DNA of 64,000 nt from an uncultured Nitrospiraceae bacterium (GCA_963706325.1 CAVPLT010000001.1:96001-160000); one strand, 5' to 3'. Shown: positions 10,734-20,784, counted from the first letter of the stretch. Made by a program: numbers and translations. Notes: generated from the letters alone by a model not told the origin.

Positions 10734-12410
10734 GTGAATCACCAGACAACTGACCCAATCCTTTCCACCCCTTCTGCCTGGACGATCCTTGCACGCCTGA
10801 ATTTTATCTTAGGGCTCGAACATCGCATTCTCGCCATCGTGGTTTCCTACGCCGTAGTCATCGGACTATTTGCGCTCATCGTTCCGCTGACCGTGCAGGA
10901 GCTGGTCAACACCTTCGCTTTTGCCATCCAACCAATCATGATTATGACGCTGGCTGCGATCATGCTCGGAGCACTGCTCTTTATGGGGGCCTTCCGTGTT
11001 CTTCAGGCACGCGCCGTCGAGATCTTAGTCCAGCGACTCTATACACGGCTCGCTGTTGCCTTTACCGAAGCCCTGCCGCAATTCCGTGAGAACGTTTTTC
11101 TCCCTCAACACACCAATACCTTCATTGAGGCAGAACTACTCCCGCGTGCCCTAGTCGCCATGCTCGTAGACATCGTCAATGTGTCGGTTTCGGGCATGAT
11201 CGGCATGACGATCTTGGTCATGTACCATCCCTATTTTCTCGGCTACAACACCTTGCTCTTCGCGAGCTTTGTCTTTCTCCTCACCTTCTTCGGTCGCGGG
11301 GGACTTCGCATCACACAGCGTGTCTCCCGGTTGCACTACAAGACCTTTCACTGGCTGCAAGACATCGGCATCAACCGGCTCCATTTCAAATCCACCGACA
11401 GCTTGCCGCTGCTGCTCAAAAAAACCGATGCCCTCGTGCAGGACTATGTCATGGCCCGGAAGACCCGATCCGACATTCTAAGCGGCGCGCAGTACAAGAG
11501 TGCGGTCATCTTTCAAGCCTTCGCGCACAGCGGCATGATCGGACTGGGTGGTTGGTTGCTGTCGGTCGGCGACATCACACTCGGGCAATTCGTCGCCGCG
11601 GAAGTGATTGTCGGAACCCTGTTGCTCAATCTCGACACCGTGGCTCGCCGCATGTATGCCGCCCTCTATGTCCTTACGTCACTCGATGAATTGTCGCAAC
11701 TCTTCGCGCTCCCGAAGGAGGAGGTTTCGAGTCCTCTCGCCGCGTCTCTTCCCGATCCATCGCTGCACGGCGTGCGTCTCACTTGTAGGGACGTCATGTA
11801 TGACGCGCCGGACGGAGCGAGAATCTTCGAGCATTTCAATCTGGAAATCATGCCCGGCGAAAAAATCAGCGTCATATCTGAGAACAGCATGAGCAAAACA
11901 GCACTGGCACTCATTTTAGCCGGGCTCTACCATCCCACCGGCGGCGTGATCAGGTACAACGATGTCGACTTGCGTGACGTCTCGCTGAATTATGTCAACC
12001 AATGCCGGGGCTTGATGCTGGATTCCCATCCCACCTTATTCGATGGCACGTTGGAAGAAAACATCACGTTGCAGCGGCCTTCGATCCAATTTGACGATTT
12101 GAACTGGGCGCTCCGATTCGTGGAACTGGAAGAAGAGGTCGACGCGCTTCCCCAAGGCTTAGAAGCGCCGGTCGAAGGGAACGGGGCCAACTTCACCCGC
12201 AGTCAAATCCTACGCATCCTCCTCGCGAGGATGATCGTCACCCGACCGCAATTGCTGGTCTTTAATGGCAGCCTTCACAATATCGAGCCGGGCCTTCGGC
12301 TGACCTTGCTCCGTCGCCTGTGCTCAAAAGAAGAAGCCTGGTCGCTGGTGTTCGTCTCCAACGATCCCGAGATCGCGCAGTTGGTTGAACGACGCGTCAT
12401 ACTCGGCTGA
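10734..12410 (+). CDS. Second ABC exporter half-transporter (paralog of 8871-10538) with degenerate ATPase motifs
   Basis: Shares LFALIVPLTVQELVNTFAFA, TLGQFVAAE, WALRF.ELEEEVDALP and RRLCSKEE with the preceding gene. Confidence 0.85.
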   Translation: MNHQTTDPILSTPSAWTILARLNFILGLEHRILAIVVSYAVVIGLFALIVPLTVQELVNTFAFAIQPIMIMTLAAIMLGALLFMGAFRVLQARAVEILVQRLYTRLAVAFTEALPQFRENVFLPQHTNTFIEAELLPRALVAMLVDIVNVSVSGMIGMTILVMYHPYFLGYNTLLFASFVFLLTFFGRGGLRITQRVSRLHYKTFHWLQDIGINRLHFKSTDSLPLLLKKTDALVQDYVMARKTRSDILSGAQYKSAVIFQAFAHSGMIGLGGWLLSVGDITLGQFVAAEVIVGTLLLNLDTVARRMYAALYVLTSLDELSQLFALPKEEVSSPLAASLPDPSLHGVRLTCRDVMYDAPDGARIFEHFNLEIMPGEKISVISENSMSKTALALILAGLYHPTGGVIRYNDVDLRDVSLNYVNQCRGLMLDSHPTLFDGTLEENITLQRPSIQFDDLNWALRFVELEEEVDALPQGLEAPVEGNGANFTRSQILRILLARMIVTRPQLLVFNGSLHNIEPGLRLTLLRRLCSKEEAWSLVFVSNDPEIAQLVERRVILG

Positions 12411-12488
12411 TGCCGGGTTCCCGGCTCATAACGACTCGCGACTTCTTTCTTCCGGCCTGATCTGGTAGACTGGCATCCGTAAAAGGGC

Positions 12489-13310
12489 GTGCCCCGCACG
12501 AGTCTTCGTCCCGACGAAAGGGCCCTTGTGTCACTGATCTCACGCCTGAAGTTGTCCGTTCCCACCACCAATCAATTACTCATCAGCCTCCTGATCGCCG
12601 GTCTGGGATGGATCAGTGGTCAGGCGCTCAGCCGGATCGACCAGGATCTGCGCATTATGTATACCGAATACACATTGGGCGCCGCCGACCTCGCTCACAT
12701 TTCGGCCGACGTCATGCGCTATCGCAATACGATTATCCGGTCGTTGGAAGCAGAGAACCAAAAAACATTCGAACGGATTACCGAGTCTTTGCCGACACAA
12801 CGGGCGCGGATTCAACATGCTGTTGATCGGTATGCCGCCGCCGGTCTGCGGGTGTCCAGAAGCGGCAGAAGCGAAGAGAAGGATATTCAGGCGGTCCGTG
12901 ACAGCCTGGATCAGTATTTCTCTGTGGCGAGCAAGACAACAGATCTGCTCGCTCAGGAATGGCTCGCCGGGACGGCCGCGGAAGCCATGGAACTACGGCG
13001 AAAAGCTGAGATTCATGCCGCCGACAATGGGGGTCCGAAAGTGATGCAGGTCAGTCTTGCCCTAGACCGACTGCTGGAGACGGTCTCAGAAGTGGCCAAA
13101 GACATGCGTGATGCGGGTACGAAAACAATCCGCGATACGAGCTATTGGATCGTCGGCGGCAGTTTCTTCATCGCGCTCCTGAATCTGTTTTTGACTCGCA
13201 CCTCGCGCCTGCCACCGGGTCGATCCTTAAGACCTGCCGAAGCCGACGGGATTGGCTCATCATTGCGCGTGCCACACGATGAACCGAATCCTGCGCTGCG
13301 CGCCGACTGA
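12489..13310 (+). CDS. Stand-alone four-helix-bundle (4HB_MCP-like) periplasmic sensor protein
   Basis: TM, helical periplasmic region beginning IDQDLRIMYTEY, second TM, short cytoplasmic tail; no output domain. Confidence 0.6.
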   Translation: MPRTSLRPDERALVSLISRLKLSVPTTNQLLISLLIAGLGWISGQALSRIDQDLRIMYTEYTLGAADLAHISADVMRYRNTIIRSLEAENQKTFERITESLPTQRARIQHAVDRYAAAGLRVSRSGRSEEKDIQAVRDSLDQYFSVASKTTDLLAQEWLAGTAAEAMELRRKAEIHAADNGGPKVMQVSLALDRLLETVSEVAKDMRDAGTKTIRDTSYWIVGGSFFIALLNLFLTRTSRLPPGRSLRPAEADGIGSSLRVPHDEPNPALRAD

Positions 13311-14042
13311 TCAACCCCCTGGCCCGTCGTTCCTATCTGATGGCTCATCCAGCCTACCGAGCGCCCGGAAGAGCCCGTCTCGCTCGTCAGGCGAGAGGTC
13401 CGTCCACTGGCCCGCATGCAATCCTTCAAGAGTGATGTGCATGATGCGCACACGATGCAACGAAACCACCCGATAGCCGAGCATCTGACACATGCGTCTG
13501 ATTTGGCGGTTCCGACCTTCCGTAAGGATGATGCGAAAGCGCCTGGGGCTGAGGCGTGCCACCGTACAGGGTCTAGTGGTGACACCCGAAATCACCACAC
13601 CGCGCGACATGCGTCCCAGAAACACCTCGTCGAACTCCCGCTCCACTTCCACACGATACTCCCGTTCATGCCCATGTTCGACGCGCAAGATGTCATTGAC
13701 GATATCGCCGTCGTTCGTCAGAAGAATGAGGCCTGATGAATCCTTGTCGAGTCGCCCAATCGGAAAAATTCTGGCGGCATGGCCGATTTCAGCGATGATA
13801 TTCCGCCGCACGTGCAATTCCGTAGTCGTCGTCACTCCGACGGGCTTGTGATATTTGATGTAGACCGGACGATTGCCGCGTTGGAGGACAGCGCCATCTC
13901 GCGCGACGAGATCCTCGGTCGAGACTTGATCCCCGAGCTTCGCCACCCGGCCGTTGATCGTGACCCGCCCGTCGGCAACCAGCCGATCTGCTTCTCTTCT
14001 TGAACAGAGACCTTGTTCCGTAAAAAATTTATTGATGCGCAT
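13311..14042 (-). CDS. RsuA/RluF-family rRNA pseudouridine synthase
   Basis: N-terminal S4 domain (RINKF...CSRREAD), GRLDKDSSG catalytic motif, EGRNRQIRRM. Confidence 0.92.
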   Translation of the reverse strand: MRINKFFTEQGLCSRREADRLVADGRVTINGRVAKLGDQVSTEDLVARDGAVLQRGNRPVYIKYHKPVGVTTTTELHVRRNIIAEIGHAARIFPIGRLDKDSSGLILLTNDGDIVNDILRVEHGHEREYRVEVEREFDEVFLGRMSRGVVISGVTTRPCTVARLSPRRFRIILTEGRNRQIRRMCQMLGYRVVSLHRVRIMHITLEGLHAGQWTDLSPDERDGLFRALGRLDEPSDRNDGPGG

Positions 14043-14333
14043 GCTGATCAAGAGGGCGGACAGGCGCGCCATTCATCGTGAAGCGTAGGCTGCCACACCG
14101 ATAGTGGAAGCATATCCAGAGATCGAAATCTCAGTGTGAGACTTTATTCGCATCCTCTCAGCCCACACTATTTGCGACGGTTCGTGAAGAAGCCGCGAGG
14201 ACGCGTCCCGAGACGAACCTTCGCAGCCGAGAGCATTTCGGCATCCTTGAATAATGTATTGCCTGACTGACTGGCAAGACCGTCAGCCTGGATGCAGGCT
14301 TGTCGCCTCAACAGCGTTCATGAATGATGAGGG

Positions 14334-15266
14334 TTAATGGACGCGTCGACCGGCACGAATCCGTCCGAGGATGCGATAGATCAGCCGAGCAATGCTGAAC
14401 TGGGGAGCGACGAACCCTTCGATAGGCGCAATCTCGCTGATGTCCATGCCCACAATACCAGGACCGTTCGCCAAGGCGGTCACGAGCGCGAGGGTATCGT
14501 ACCAGCCCAATCCGCCCGGTTCAGGCGTTCCCAATGCCGGGACGAGCGACGCATCAAGACCGTCACAATCAAATGTCAGATAGACCGGCCCCGTGCAGGC
14601 GGCGAGGACATCGGGAATCCATCGAGCGGCGCGCCCCTCATAGGGGCCGGACGGATCCAAAATCGAGGCGGCAAAAAACGTCTTGATCCGCGGCGTCTTT
14701 TCGATCAGCTCAATTTCTTCCGGGCTGATCGAACGAACACCGACCTGTACCAACGCCAGACCGTCCTGAACCACACGCGCCATCACACTGGCATGGCTGT
14801 ACGGATTGCCTTGGTAGGCGTGGCGCAGATCGCCATGGGCGTCGATTTGGAGAACACACATCGTGGGGTAGGTTGTAGCATGCGCGCGAATCGCGCCCAG
14901 CGCGCCGGTATGCTCACCCGTGAGAGTAACCAGAAACTTTCCCAACCCGACATGCGGTTGCACGAAGTCTTGAATAGACTGTACGGCCTGTCCATCGACT
15001 CGACCATCCAGGTCCAATGTCGCAGCGGTCGCCACACCACCCCACTCACGATAGGGTTCGTATCGCAACGTTTCATCGTACAACTCAACTTGCTGGGATG
15101 CTTCGATGATGGCGGAGGGGCCGCGATCAGAGCCGAGGACATAACTCGACGTATGCTCGTAGGGAGCCGGCAGTACATAGACCCCGGCTTGATCGGGGTG
15201 GCACCAGGGCTCGTCGATCCCGAGAAAGTTGTCCTGTTGCCCAAGCCATCCAGCCGGGAGCGCCAT
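14334..15266 (-). CDS. speB: Agmatinase (ureohydrolase)
   Basis: GEH, DAHGD and DCDGLD metal motifs, GTPEPGG; directly downstream of arginine decarboxylase; start trimmed to ATG 15266. Confidence 0.9.
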   Translation of the reverse strand: MALPAGWLGQQDNFLGIDEPWCHPDQAGVYVLPAPYEHTSSYVLGSDRGPSAIIEASQQVELYDETLRYEPYREWGGVATAATLDLDGRVDGQAVQSIQDFVQPHVGLGKFLVTLTGEHTGALGAIRAHATTYPTMCVLQIDAHGDLRHAYQGNPYSHASVMARVVQDGLALVQVGVRSISPEEIELIEKTPRIKTFFAASILDPSGPYEGRAARWIPDVLAACTGPVYLTFDCDGLDASLVPALGTPEPGGLGWYDTLALVTALANGPGIVGMDISEIAPIEGFVAPQFSIARLIYRILGRIRAGRRVH

Positions 15267-15279
15267 AACCGCCTGCCCT

Positions 15280-15855
15280 TTAGGCCTCGTTCCGGAGACT
15301 CTTGGGAATGTTCTCGATGGGAATAAACACCGCCAGCGCAATGACGCAGGTCCAGCGATGAGGCCGGCCGACCGCAGACTGCGTGATGTTCAGCGTGCGC
15401 ACGATCTTCCCACCCATCTTGAACACCTGCTCGCGCTCTTTCCAGGCCACGTCAGGATCGAATTCAATCCCTTGCGTGGTGGCGAGCATCTGAGCCGCCA
15501 AGTCTTCGGTGTACTCGCCAGACTCCTCGTCGGTTTCTCCGTAGGCATGATGCTCAGACAGATACCCGTAGGTATCGCGGTCGGTGGGAATGGCCAAGCC
15601 GATCGATGCGGAGATGAGGCGATTACGCTCATTGGTCTCCGACCTCGCCATGACGCAGAACGTGATTTCCCCGGGATTCAGAAGTTTCTCGCCCCGCTTC
15701 CTGGGAAGGATTTTGCAATTGGGGGGAAGAATCGAGGACACGCTGACGAGGTTGCAATATGCCACGCCGGCGCTACGCAAGGCCTGCTCGAACGCGGCCA
15801 ACTTTTCCTTGTGCACCCCGACGCCCCTCGTCAAAAACATGTGTGTTGGTACCAT
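15280..15855 (-). CDS. pdaD: Pyruvoyl-dependent arginine decarboxylase
   Basis: FEQALRSAG...[11 protein letters not shown] (Ser-Ser autocleavage site), YGYLSEHH. Confidence 0.9.
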   Translation of the reverse strand: MVPTHMFLTRGVGVHKEKLAAFEQALRSAGVAYCNLVSVSSILPPNCKILPRKRGEKLLNPGEITFCVMARSETNERNRLISASIGLAIPTDRDTYGYLSEHHAYGETDEESGEYTEDLAAQMLATTQGIEFDPDVAWKEREQVFKMGGKIVRTLNITQSAVGRPHRWTCVIALAVFIPIENIPKSLRNEA

Positions 15856-16023
15856 GTACGTTTCCTCTCCATCCCTCGTCGAAATCACTCCAACATGAGT
15901 GTTCGAATGATTGTGACAGACCTTGCCCAGCGCGCTTCATCGCGGGGCAATACGCGCGGAAGTTGTATCAAGTTTGCGGGGCATCCGCAATATGGCCGCG
16001 CGGTTTTTTTCCCCTCGTCCCCG

Positions 16024-17457
16024 TCATTCGGGCCGACGGAGATTGAGGACCAGCAGCTTGGGCTCGGTCATGTCCTCGATGGCATAGCGAACCCCCTCAC
16101 GCCCCATCCCTGAATCCTTCACACCACCATAGGGCATGTGATCCGCGCGAAACGTCGGGATTTCATTGGCCAGGACTGCGCCGACCTCGAGTCGTTCGAA
16201 AGCCTGAAAAATTCGCCCGATGTGCTGAGTGAAGATCCCGGTTTGCAAACCGTAGTCGGACTCATTGACAGCTTGCAACACCGCCTCGAACTCGCGGTAG
16301 GGAGTCACCGTGACCAGCGGACCGAATACTTCCTGGCAGGAGACCTTCATCGTGCCGGTCACCTGGGACAGAACGGTCGGCTGCACGATCGATCCCGTCC
16401 GGCTTCCCCCCGCCAGGACACGCGCCCCTTGCGCTACCGCCTCCCCGATCCACGTTTCAACCCGTTGAGCTGCTCCCACATCAATCAACGGACCGACCAC
16501 CGTCCGTTCGTCGCTTGGATCTCCCGCAGCCAATCGCTGCACCCGATCCACGAGATGATCGGTAAACGCCGCCGCAACCGACTCCTGCACGAAGATCCGC
16601 TGCACCGAAATACAGGTCTGACCGGCATAGCTGAACCCTCCGGTGACACAACGCTGAGCGACATAATCCAAGTCGGCGTCCGGCTCGACGATCACCGCCG
16701 CATTGCCGCCCAACTCCAGCACAACTTTCTTCTTTCCACATTTGGCCTTCAGCATCCAGCCAACGGGAGCACTGCCGGTGAAACTGAGCAGTTTGAATCG
16801 CGGATCCACGACCAGCTGCTCGGCCACGGTATTATCGCAGGGCACCACATTCACCGAGCCCGGCGGAGCTCCGGCCTCCATGAGCAGTTCTCCTAGCAGG
16901 AAAGCGGTCAGGGGAGTTTGCGGAGCCGGCTTGATGAGGATGGAGTTGCCTGCCGCCAATGCCGGCGCCACCTTATGGACGACCAGGTTAAGCGGGAAAT
17001 TAAACGGCGTGATGCCCAGGATCGGTCCGATCGGAAATCGCCGCGTCATCCCCCAGTGCGACTCCATGCCGGGCGACCAGTCAAGCGGCACCACTTCACC
17101 GCCGATCCGTTTCGCTTCCTCTGCCGCAATCGAACAAGTCTGAATGGCCCGACCCACCTCCCGGCGCGCGTCGATCAGGGGTTTGCCGGCCTCGGCGGTC
17201 ATTGTCCGCGCGAATTCCTCTTCCCTCGCCTGAAGCGCCTGGGCGGTTTTCTGAAGGATGGTGGCTCGCGCATAACTCGACAACCTGCGCATGGCCGCAG
17301 CCCCGTCGACGGAGGATTGCACGGCCTTCTCCGCCTCCGACGGACCGGCCTGACAGACATGGGCGATCAGCTCGCCTGTGTAGGGATTTCGTACGGAAGC
17401 GGCTGCCGTGGTACGAGACCACTGGCCGCCGATCAGAAATGGACGTCCATCTTCCAA
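16024..17457 (-). CDS. NAD(P)-dependent aldehyde dehydrogenase
   Basis: ITPFNFP, FTGS, LELGGN, catalytic GQTCIS, EVFGP, PYGGVKDSG; probable TTG start 17457 after GGAG. Confidence 0.93.
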   Translation of the reverse strand: MEDGRPFLIGGQWSRTTAAASVRNPYTGELIAHVCQAGPSEAEKAVQSSVDGAAAMRRLSSYARATILQKTAQALQAREEEFARTMTAEAGKPLIDARREVGRAIQTCSIAAEEAKRIGGEVVPLDWSPGMESHWGMTRRFPIGPILGITPFNFPLNLVVHKVAPALAAGNSILIKPAPQTPLTAFLLGELLMEAGAPPGSVNVVPCDNTVAEQLVVDPRFKLLSFTGSAPVGWMLKAKCGKKKVVLELGGNAAVIVEPDADLDYVAQRCVTGGFSYAGQTCISVQRIFVQESVAAAFTDHLVDRVQRLAAGDPSDERTVVGPLIDVGAAQRVETWIGEAVAQGARVLAGGSRTGSIVQPTVLSQVTGTMKVSCQEVFGPLVTVTPYREFEAVLQAVNESDYGLQTGIFTQHIGRIFQAFERLEVGAVLANEIPTFRADHMPYGGVKDSGMGREGVRYAIEDMTEPKLLVLNLRRPE

Positions 17458-17485
17458 CGGACCAACTCCAGCGGAAGGAGAATCG

Positions 17486-17764
17486 CTATTGTACGGATTC
17501 CATGGGCGGCGGGGCCGAGGCAGCGGCGCGAAGCGCCTCTTCAGCACGTTGAGCCTCCACCGCCTTGGAGATCAACTCTTCAGTTCCCCAATCCTGAACC
17601 GCCGCCAAACTAAACGCTTCATACGTCGAAACCCCATGGCAGGTGGGACAATCAGGCATGGGGACTTTCCGGCAAAACGCCTCATTCAAACAGGACATGC
17701 AGACCCACAGATCGGGCTCCCCTGCCTTGGCAGGTATCGACCAAAAGGCTTGTTTCAACCCCAT
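17486..17764 (-). CDS. Small hypothetical protein with two CxxC motifs (zinc-ribbon/rubredoxin-like)
   Basis: CMSC...CPTC; fills the gap between co-directional genes. Confidence 0.6.
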   Translation of the reverse strand: MGLKQAFWSIPAKAGEPDLWVCMSCLNEAFCRKVPMPDCPTCHGVSTYEAFSLAAVQDWGTEELISKAVEAQRAEEALRAAASAPPPMESVQ

Positions 17765-17845
17765 AGTGCGGTTTCCTCTTTTACAGGTAAACGATGGTCC
17801 GAGTCACACTGCTGGCACACTGAAGATGTTCTCCGCGAGACCCGC

Positions 17846-18499
17846 TTATTTTGGCTTTCCCCCCGGCGCCGAGAGCAGCTTTTCGATTTCCTCCGCAAAG
17901 GCCTCGAACGGAAATGCGCCTGGAATCGCAATAGCCGGATCTTTGGTCGTCGGTTCCTGCGTGGTGCGCATCAGGACGAACCCGGGCGTGCCGCGAAATC
18001 CCCAGGAGTTGGCCTCGTCCCGATCTCGAAAGATGGACTGTACGTGCGGGGCATCGCGCAGGCATTGCCGAAACTTTGCCTGATCGAGACCGATCGCTTT
18101 GGCATGTTGCGTATAGCTGTCGGCGTCCAACCGCCCGTCGGCGGAAAACAAGCGATCATGCATCGGCCAGTACGTCCCCTGGTCTCCGGCACAACGAGCC
18201 GCCAGGGCGGCCGTCAGACCAGGCCCTTGATCGGCGCGAGGATAGTCCTTGTAGAGGAACCGCACTTTGCCGGTATCGACATAGCTTGCTTGAATCTTCG
18301 GCCAGGTTTCTTTGAAAAACTTGAGGCAATAGCCGCACGTGAAGTCGGAATATTCGATCATCGTGACAGGAGCATCCACCTTGCCTCGCATCCGATTATC
18401 AACAGCCGGCACATTCCCAGGCTCCGCGGCGCCGGCCACGAGCAGAACCAAGAGGAATAACGCGCCGACACTGACGAACCGCGCCCTCCGGGCGGTCAT
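17846..18499 (-). CDS. DsbA-family thioredoxin-fold protein
   Basis: Signal/TM segment, EYSDFTCGYC, GTPGF cis-Pro loop; ATG 18499 overlaps the upstream stop (ATGA). Confidence 0.88.
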   Translation of the reverse strand: MTARRARFVSVGALFLLVLLVAGAAEPGNVPAVDNRMRGKVDAPVTMIEYSDFTCGYCLKFFKETWPKIQASYVDTGKVRFLYKDYPRADQGPGLTAALAARCAGDQGTYWPMHDRLFSADGRLDADSYTQHAKAIGLDQAKFRQCLRDAPHVQSIFRDRDEANSWGFRGTPGFVLMRTTQEPTTKDPAIAIPGAFPFEAFAEEIEKLLSAPGGKPK

Positions 18500-19599
18500 T
18501 CGGAGACGCTCTTGGCACGGCTTCGTTCCAACAGTCCCACCATGAGCAGAGGCCACACGAGCGTGGCATCGCTGAGCACTTCAGCGAAACGCCCCCCTTC
18601 GGCCGGCGGCACGAACTTGCCCCAGGAGATGCCTTCTTGATAGGTGCACCCGCTCAACCCTCCCCAGTAATCTGGTTCGGGACAGATCCTGACTCCATAG
18701 TGAAAGCGTGGCGGCTGCACGTTGAGCCCCAAGCGCGCGTTGCTGATCTCAATGTAGGGCGCGACTTGTTGAGCCCAGTTGCGAGGCACTCCGCCGCCAA
18801 TGGTAAAAATGCCGAGCCGCTTGGAGCCCAGTATTTCTTCCGCATAGTGATTCAGGTCGAGATAGGGATTAAAGACCGGGCAAGTCTGGTGCAGGGCGCG
18901 CAATACTGCGAGGTCCCCGCCCTCCTTGGTTTGACTGCGAGCCCGGTCGATGTGTTTGCCCATCGCCCATGTGCCCACATCGAGGCCCATCTCGGAATCC
19001 GTGAATGCTGGGATGTAGACCGGCACGTTTTTCAGATAGGCGCTCTTGAGAATACCGGGGCCTTCGAACTCGTCCGTCAGGGTCTTACCCAGTTCCCGGG
19101 TCAAGAGGGCGGACGACAACGGTTGGTCTGAGTGAATGCGCTTTAAGGTCAGTGACACGACGTGCTCGACATAGTTGAGATTCGATTCCATTTCGAGCGT
19201 GTCATACACACGATTGTACCCTTTTTGGAAGAGCTCTTCATCGCTGCGGGACGGGTCGTGACGGTAGTGCAGCTTCCCCACCGATTCGGTCAGGCCATGC
19301 GCGACCAGCGCGCCGGTCGAAACGATCGCGTGGACCATGCCACGATCGATCATCGTGCTGATGATCTTGCCCATCTTCGCAATGGTCATCGCGCCCGAGA
19401 GCGTCAGCACGACTTTGCAATCAGGATCCTCGATCATGGTGGCGAGCGTTTCATAGGCCTCGCCAAGCCGACGCCCGCCGAAAGCCGTCTTGCGCATCGC
19501 TTCAAGCAGTTCCGAAAAAGAATGGATCTTCTCGGGATCGAGAGGCTCGAGGGCCTCCAAACCATCCGTGGCACCGTCGTGAAACTCCCGTCCTGCCAT
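18496..19599 (-). CDS. Deoxyhypusine synthase-like protein (probable homospermidine/aminobutyl transferase)
   Basis: PAFTDSE, GGGVPRNW, GGLSGC..EGISWGK (active-site Lys region), DAT. Confidence 0.88.
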   Translation of the reverse strand: MAGREFHDGATDGLEALEPLDPEKIHSFSELLEAMRKTAFGGRRLGEAYETLATMIEDPDCKVVLTLSGAMTIAKMGKIISTMIDRGMVHAIVSTGALVAHGLTESVGKLHYRHDPSRSDEELFQKGYNRVYDTLEMESNLNYVEHVVSLTLKRIHSDQPLSSALLTRELGKTLTDEFEGPGILKSAYLKNVPVYIPAFTDSEMGLDVGTWAMGKHIDRARSQTKEGGDLAVLRALHQTCPVFNPYLDLNHYAEEILGSKRLGIFTIGGGVPRNWAQQVAPYIEISNARLGLNVQPPRFHYGVRICPEPDYWGGLSGCTYQEGISWGKFVPPAEGGRFAEVLSDATLVWPLLMVGLLERSRAKSVSE

Positions 19600-19816
19600 G
19601 ATGAACGCCTCCCGAAAAAATCAATTCCAGACCAGAGAGCTCATTTTATACACAACCGACTGTCGCGGGGTCAATTCAAGCGCACGGTATTACTGAGTGC
19701 CTTCGGGCGCATGTGAAGCTCCACACTCGAACAACCAGCTGCACCCTTCATCGGCACGAAGAATGCTTTCCCCGGACGAGGCGTGGTGAAAAGAAACGTC
19801 AGATGAAAGCAGTCCG

Positions 19817-20569
19817 TCAGCTTCGAATCCCACTGACCAGAGTAAGCACCATCGCGGTGACAAACATGAGACTGATCCCGACAAACATGCCCATTGCCAC
19901 CTGCAAGCGACGCGTCGCCGTATACGCCATCACGGTGAGAGAAAGAATGACATACAGCAGCGAACCCGCTGCCAGCGTGTAAAAGCAAATGGAGAAGTAC
20001 GGGGACACTCCCTGCCCGCTGAGAAGGGTCCCGACAGAAGTCGGCGCGCCCGCGATCAGCCCGAGCAGAAACACATCGCGCCACGATATCGGCGTTTTTC
20101 CCGCTGCACCCACGATGCCGAATCCTTCGGTGCCGTTGTGCAGTCCAAACCCGGTCACCAGCAACATACTGAGCGCCCACTCCCCACTCGCGTAACTCGC
20201 GCCAATCGCGAGTCCTTCTCCGAGATTATGCAACCCCATTCCGAGCGCGATCATATACGGCAAGGACAGAACCCGGTTGCCCGAGCGACCACCGAACACT
20301 TGGCTGGATTCAAATGCGACCAACCCGACAAAACTGATCCCGAGGCTGCCCAAAAAGATGATCCATGAAAGTCCATCGCGGGCGCCTGTCTGTTCGACCG
20401 CCTCGTGCATCAGATCAAAAAACAGATAGACCAACACACCGGTCGCCACTCCGATGAGTCCACCCTCCCAGGTCCGCGGCAGCACCTTGCCGAGCCACAG
20501 GGCCAGAAGAATGCCGAGATAGACCGGGATCAAACCGGCAATCGCGCCGAGACCAATGAGTTCCAGCAT
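19817..20569 (-). CDS. ZIP family divalent metal transporter
   Basis: LHNLGEGLAIG and LHNGTEG metal-site helices; about 8 TMs. Confidence 0.88.
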   Translation of the reverse strand: MLELIGLGAIAGLIPVYLGILLALWLGKVLPRTWEGGLIGVATGVLVYLFFDLMHEAVEQTGARDGLSWIIFLGSLGISFVGLVAFESSQVFGGRSGNRVLSLPYMIALGMGLHNLGEGLAIGASYASGEWALSMLLVTGFGLHNGTEGFGIVGAAGKTPISWRDVFLLGLIAGAPTSVGTLLSGQGVSPYFSICFYTLAAGSLLYVILSLTVMAYTATRRLQVAMGMFVGISLMFVTAMVLTLVSGIRS

Positions 20570-20784
20570 GTGAGAGTTGTAGCAGAACCACCGGCGGGGA
20601 AGAAAGACCAGAATGATGTTTCCGCTCCCACGATGAACGGAGGCCAGCGCGGGCGACCCGAATGTCTGTCACGTGTACCAGTCCAATTCAATCCGGCTCA
20701 TCGCGCTGCGTGGTCCCTCCGGGTATCCCTATTGCCGAGGCGCCTCATGCGCTCTGCTTCAGGAGCCTACCGCCGAGTGTCCTC

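Noticed and set aside
14337..16896. Long plus-strand ORFs of 329, 294 and 252 aa
   Set aside because: Antisense to speB, pdaD and the aldehyde dehydrogenase, which carry clear motifs
17408..18460. 350-aa plus-strand ORF
   Set aside because: Antisense to dsbA and the CxxC protein; Arg-rich shadow composition
18496..19599. Interpretation as a true eIF5A/EF-P hypusination enzyme
   Set aside because: No efp gene nearby, and the neighbouring decarboxylase and agmatinase favour polyamine synthesis
19821..19840. TTCGAATCCC, resembling a tRNA T-loop near the island edge
   Set aside because: Lies within the ZIP gene 3' end and no cloverleaf can be built
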